NCBI GenBank assembly: GCA_022703625.1
Contig: JAKLDH010000001.1
Span: forward strand, 12,157-76,156
Reading direction: 5' to 3'
Source: Cyanobacteriota bacterium
Lineage (GTDB): Bacteria > Cyanobacteriota > Vampirovibrionia > Gastranaerophilales > UBA9971
DNA length: 64,000 nt
Part shown: positions 63,702 to 64,000 of the stretch, piece by piece
How positions within the stretch are numbered: the first letter of the stretch is position 1
How the letters are laid out: each line of letters begins with the position of its first letter
Notes under the pieces: generated by a model
What the model saw: only the letters and a program-made list of their open reading frames with translations
What the model was told of the DNA's origin: nothing
Database searches by the model: none
Position numbers and translations under genes: made by a program

Positions 63702-64000
63702 AACGCAAATCATTTTCTTTAATTTCATATAAAGCGTTAACTATCACAGGGTCCCATTTGATCCCGGATTCCTGCTTTATTATTTCAAGAACTTCTTTAT
63801 TCGAAAGGGATTTTCTGTATGGTCTGTCTGAAATCATCGCCTGATATGCATCTGATACCGCAATTATTCTTGCTCCAAGAGGAATGCTCATTCCTGATAA
63901 GCCTTCAGGCACTCCTTTTCCATCCCATCTTTCTTTATGATAATGCACATAAGGGATAACTTCAGCAAGGAAATTTATTTTCATAAGCAGACTAACGCCG
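63700..64000 (-). CDS. HD-GYP-domain protein, C-terminal part (5' end outside window)
   Basis: 'HHKERWDGKGVPEGL' and 'ARIIAVSDAYQAMISDRPYRK'. The frame stays open to the window edge. Confidence 0.8.
   Translation of the reverse strand, partial: GVSLLMKINFLAEVIPYVHYHKERWDGKGVPEGLSGMSIPLGARIIAVSDAYQAMISDRPYRKSLSNKEVLEIIKQESGIKWDPVIVNALYEIKENDLR

Overview
AT-rich (about 30-35% G+C by eye) bacterial chromosomal segment with about 55 protein genes and 5 tRNAs. I found no rRNA and no CRISPR array. The left edge holds a Mu-type DDE transposase plus a MuB-like AAA+ ATPase; the element runs off the window and abuts a free-standing tRNA-Ile(GAU)-tRNA-Ala(UGC) pair. The rest is mostly housekeeping:
- tilS; yceD-rpmF-plsX-fabH-fabD-fabG-acpP-fabF; sepF-yggS
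- two tandem short flagellin paralogs; mtaB; a PAS histidine kinase plus a REC-GGDEF(degenerate)-REC regulator
- ispD-thiL; DUF58/VWA; prfA; thyX; rpmE
- smc-scpA-scpB-murC-murB-ddl; rnhC; an rpoZ-like ORF; a DEAD-box helicase; a phosphoribosyltransferase; glutaredoxin
- dnaN preceded by a dense DnaA-box-like cluster (putative oriC, no dnaA nearby); a solitary DNA-methyltransferase-like gene
- polyprenyl synthase-lepB-aroA; ispE; dgkA; a GGDEF/HD-GYP protein; a CaCA antiporter; TPR proteins; a GC-rich SAM methyltransferase; hisG; a Maf-type flagellin-modification gene

The most unusual signal is non-coding. From about 14 kb onward, most spacers outside tight operons are filled with GC-rich hairpin elements bounded by terminal inverted repeats (TIRs). 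I sorted them into six families, A-F (my names). They are nested in one another with intact target-site duplications, they swap internal hairpin modules between TIR shells, they sit against stop codons, and they bracket both methyltransferase genes. A separate 85-nt element occurs three times, each time pointing at a different downstream gene.

Lineage guess, not testable here: a flagellated, non-photosynthetic relative of Cyanobacteria (Melainabacteria-like) or another AT-rich uncultured lineage. All coordinates of non-ORF features were counted by hand and may be off by a few nt.
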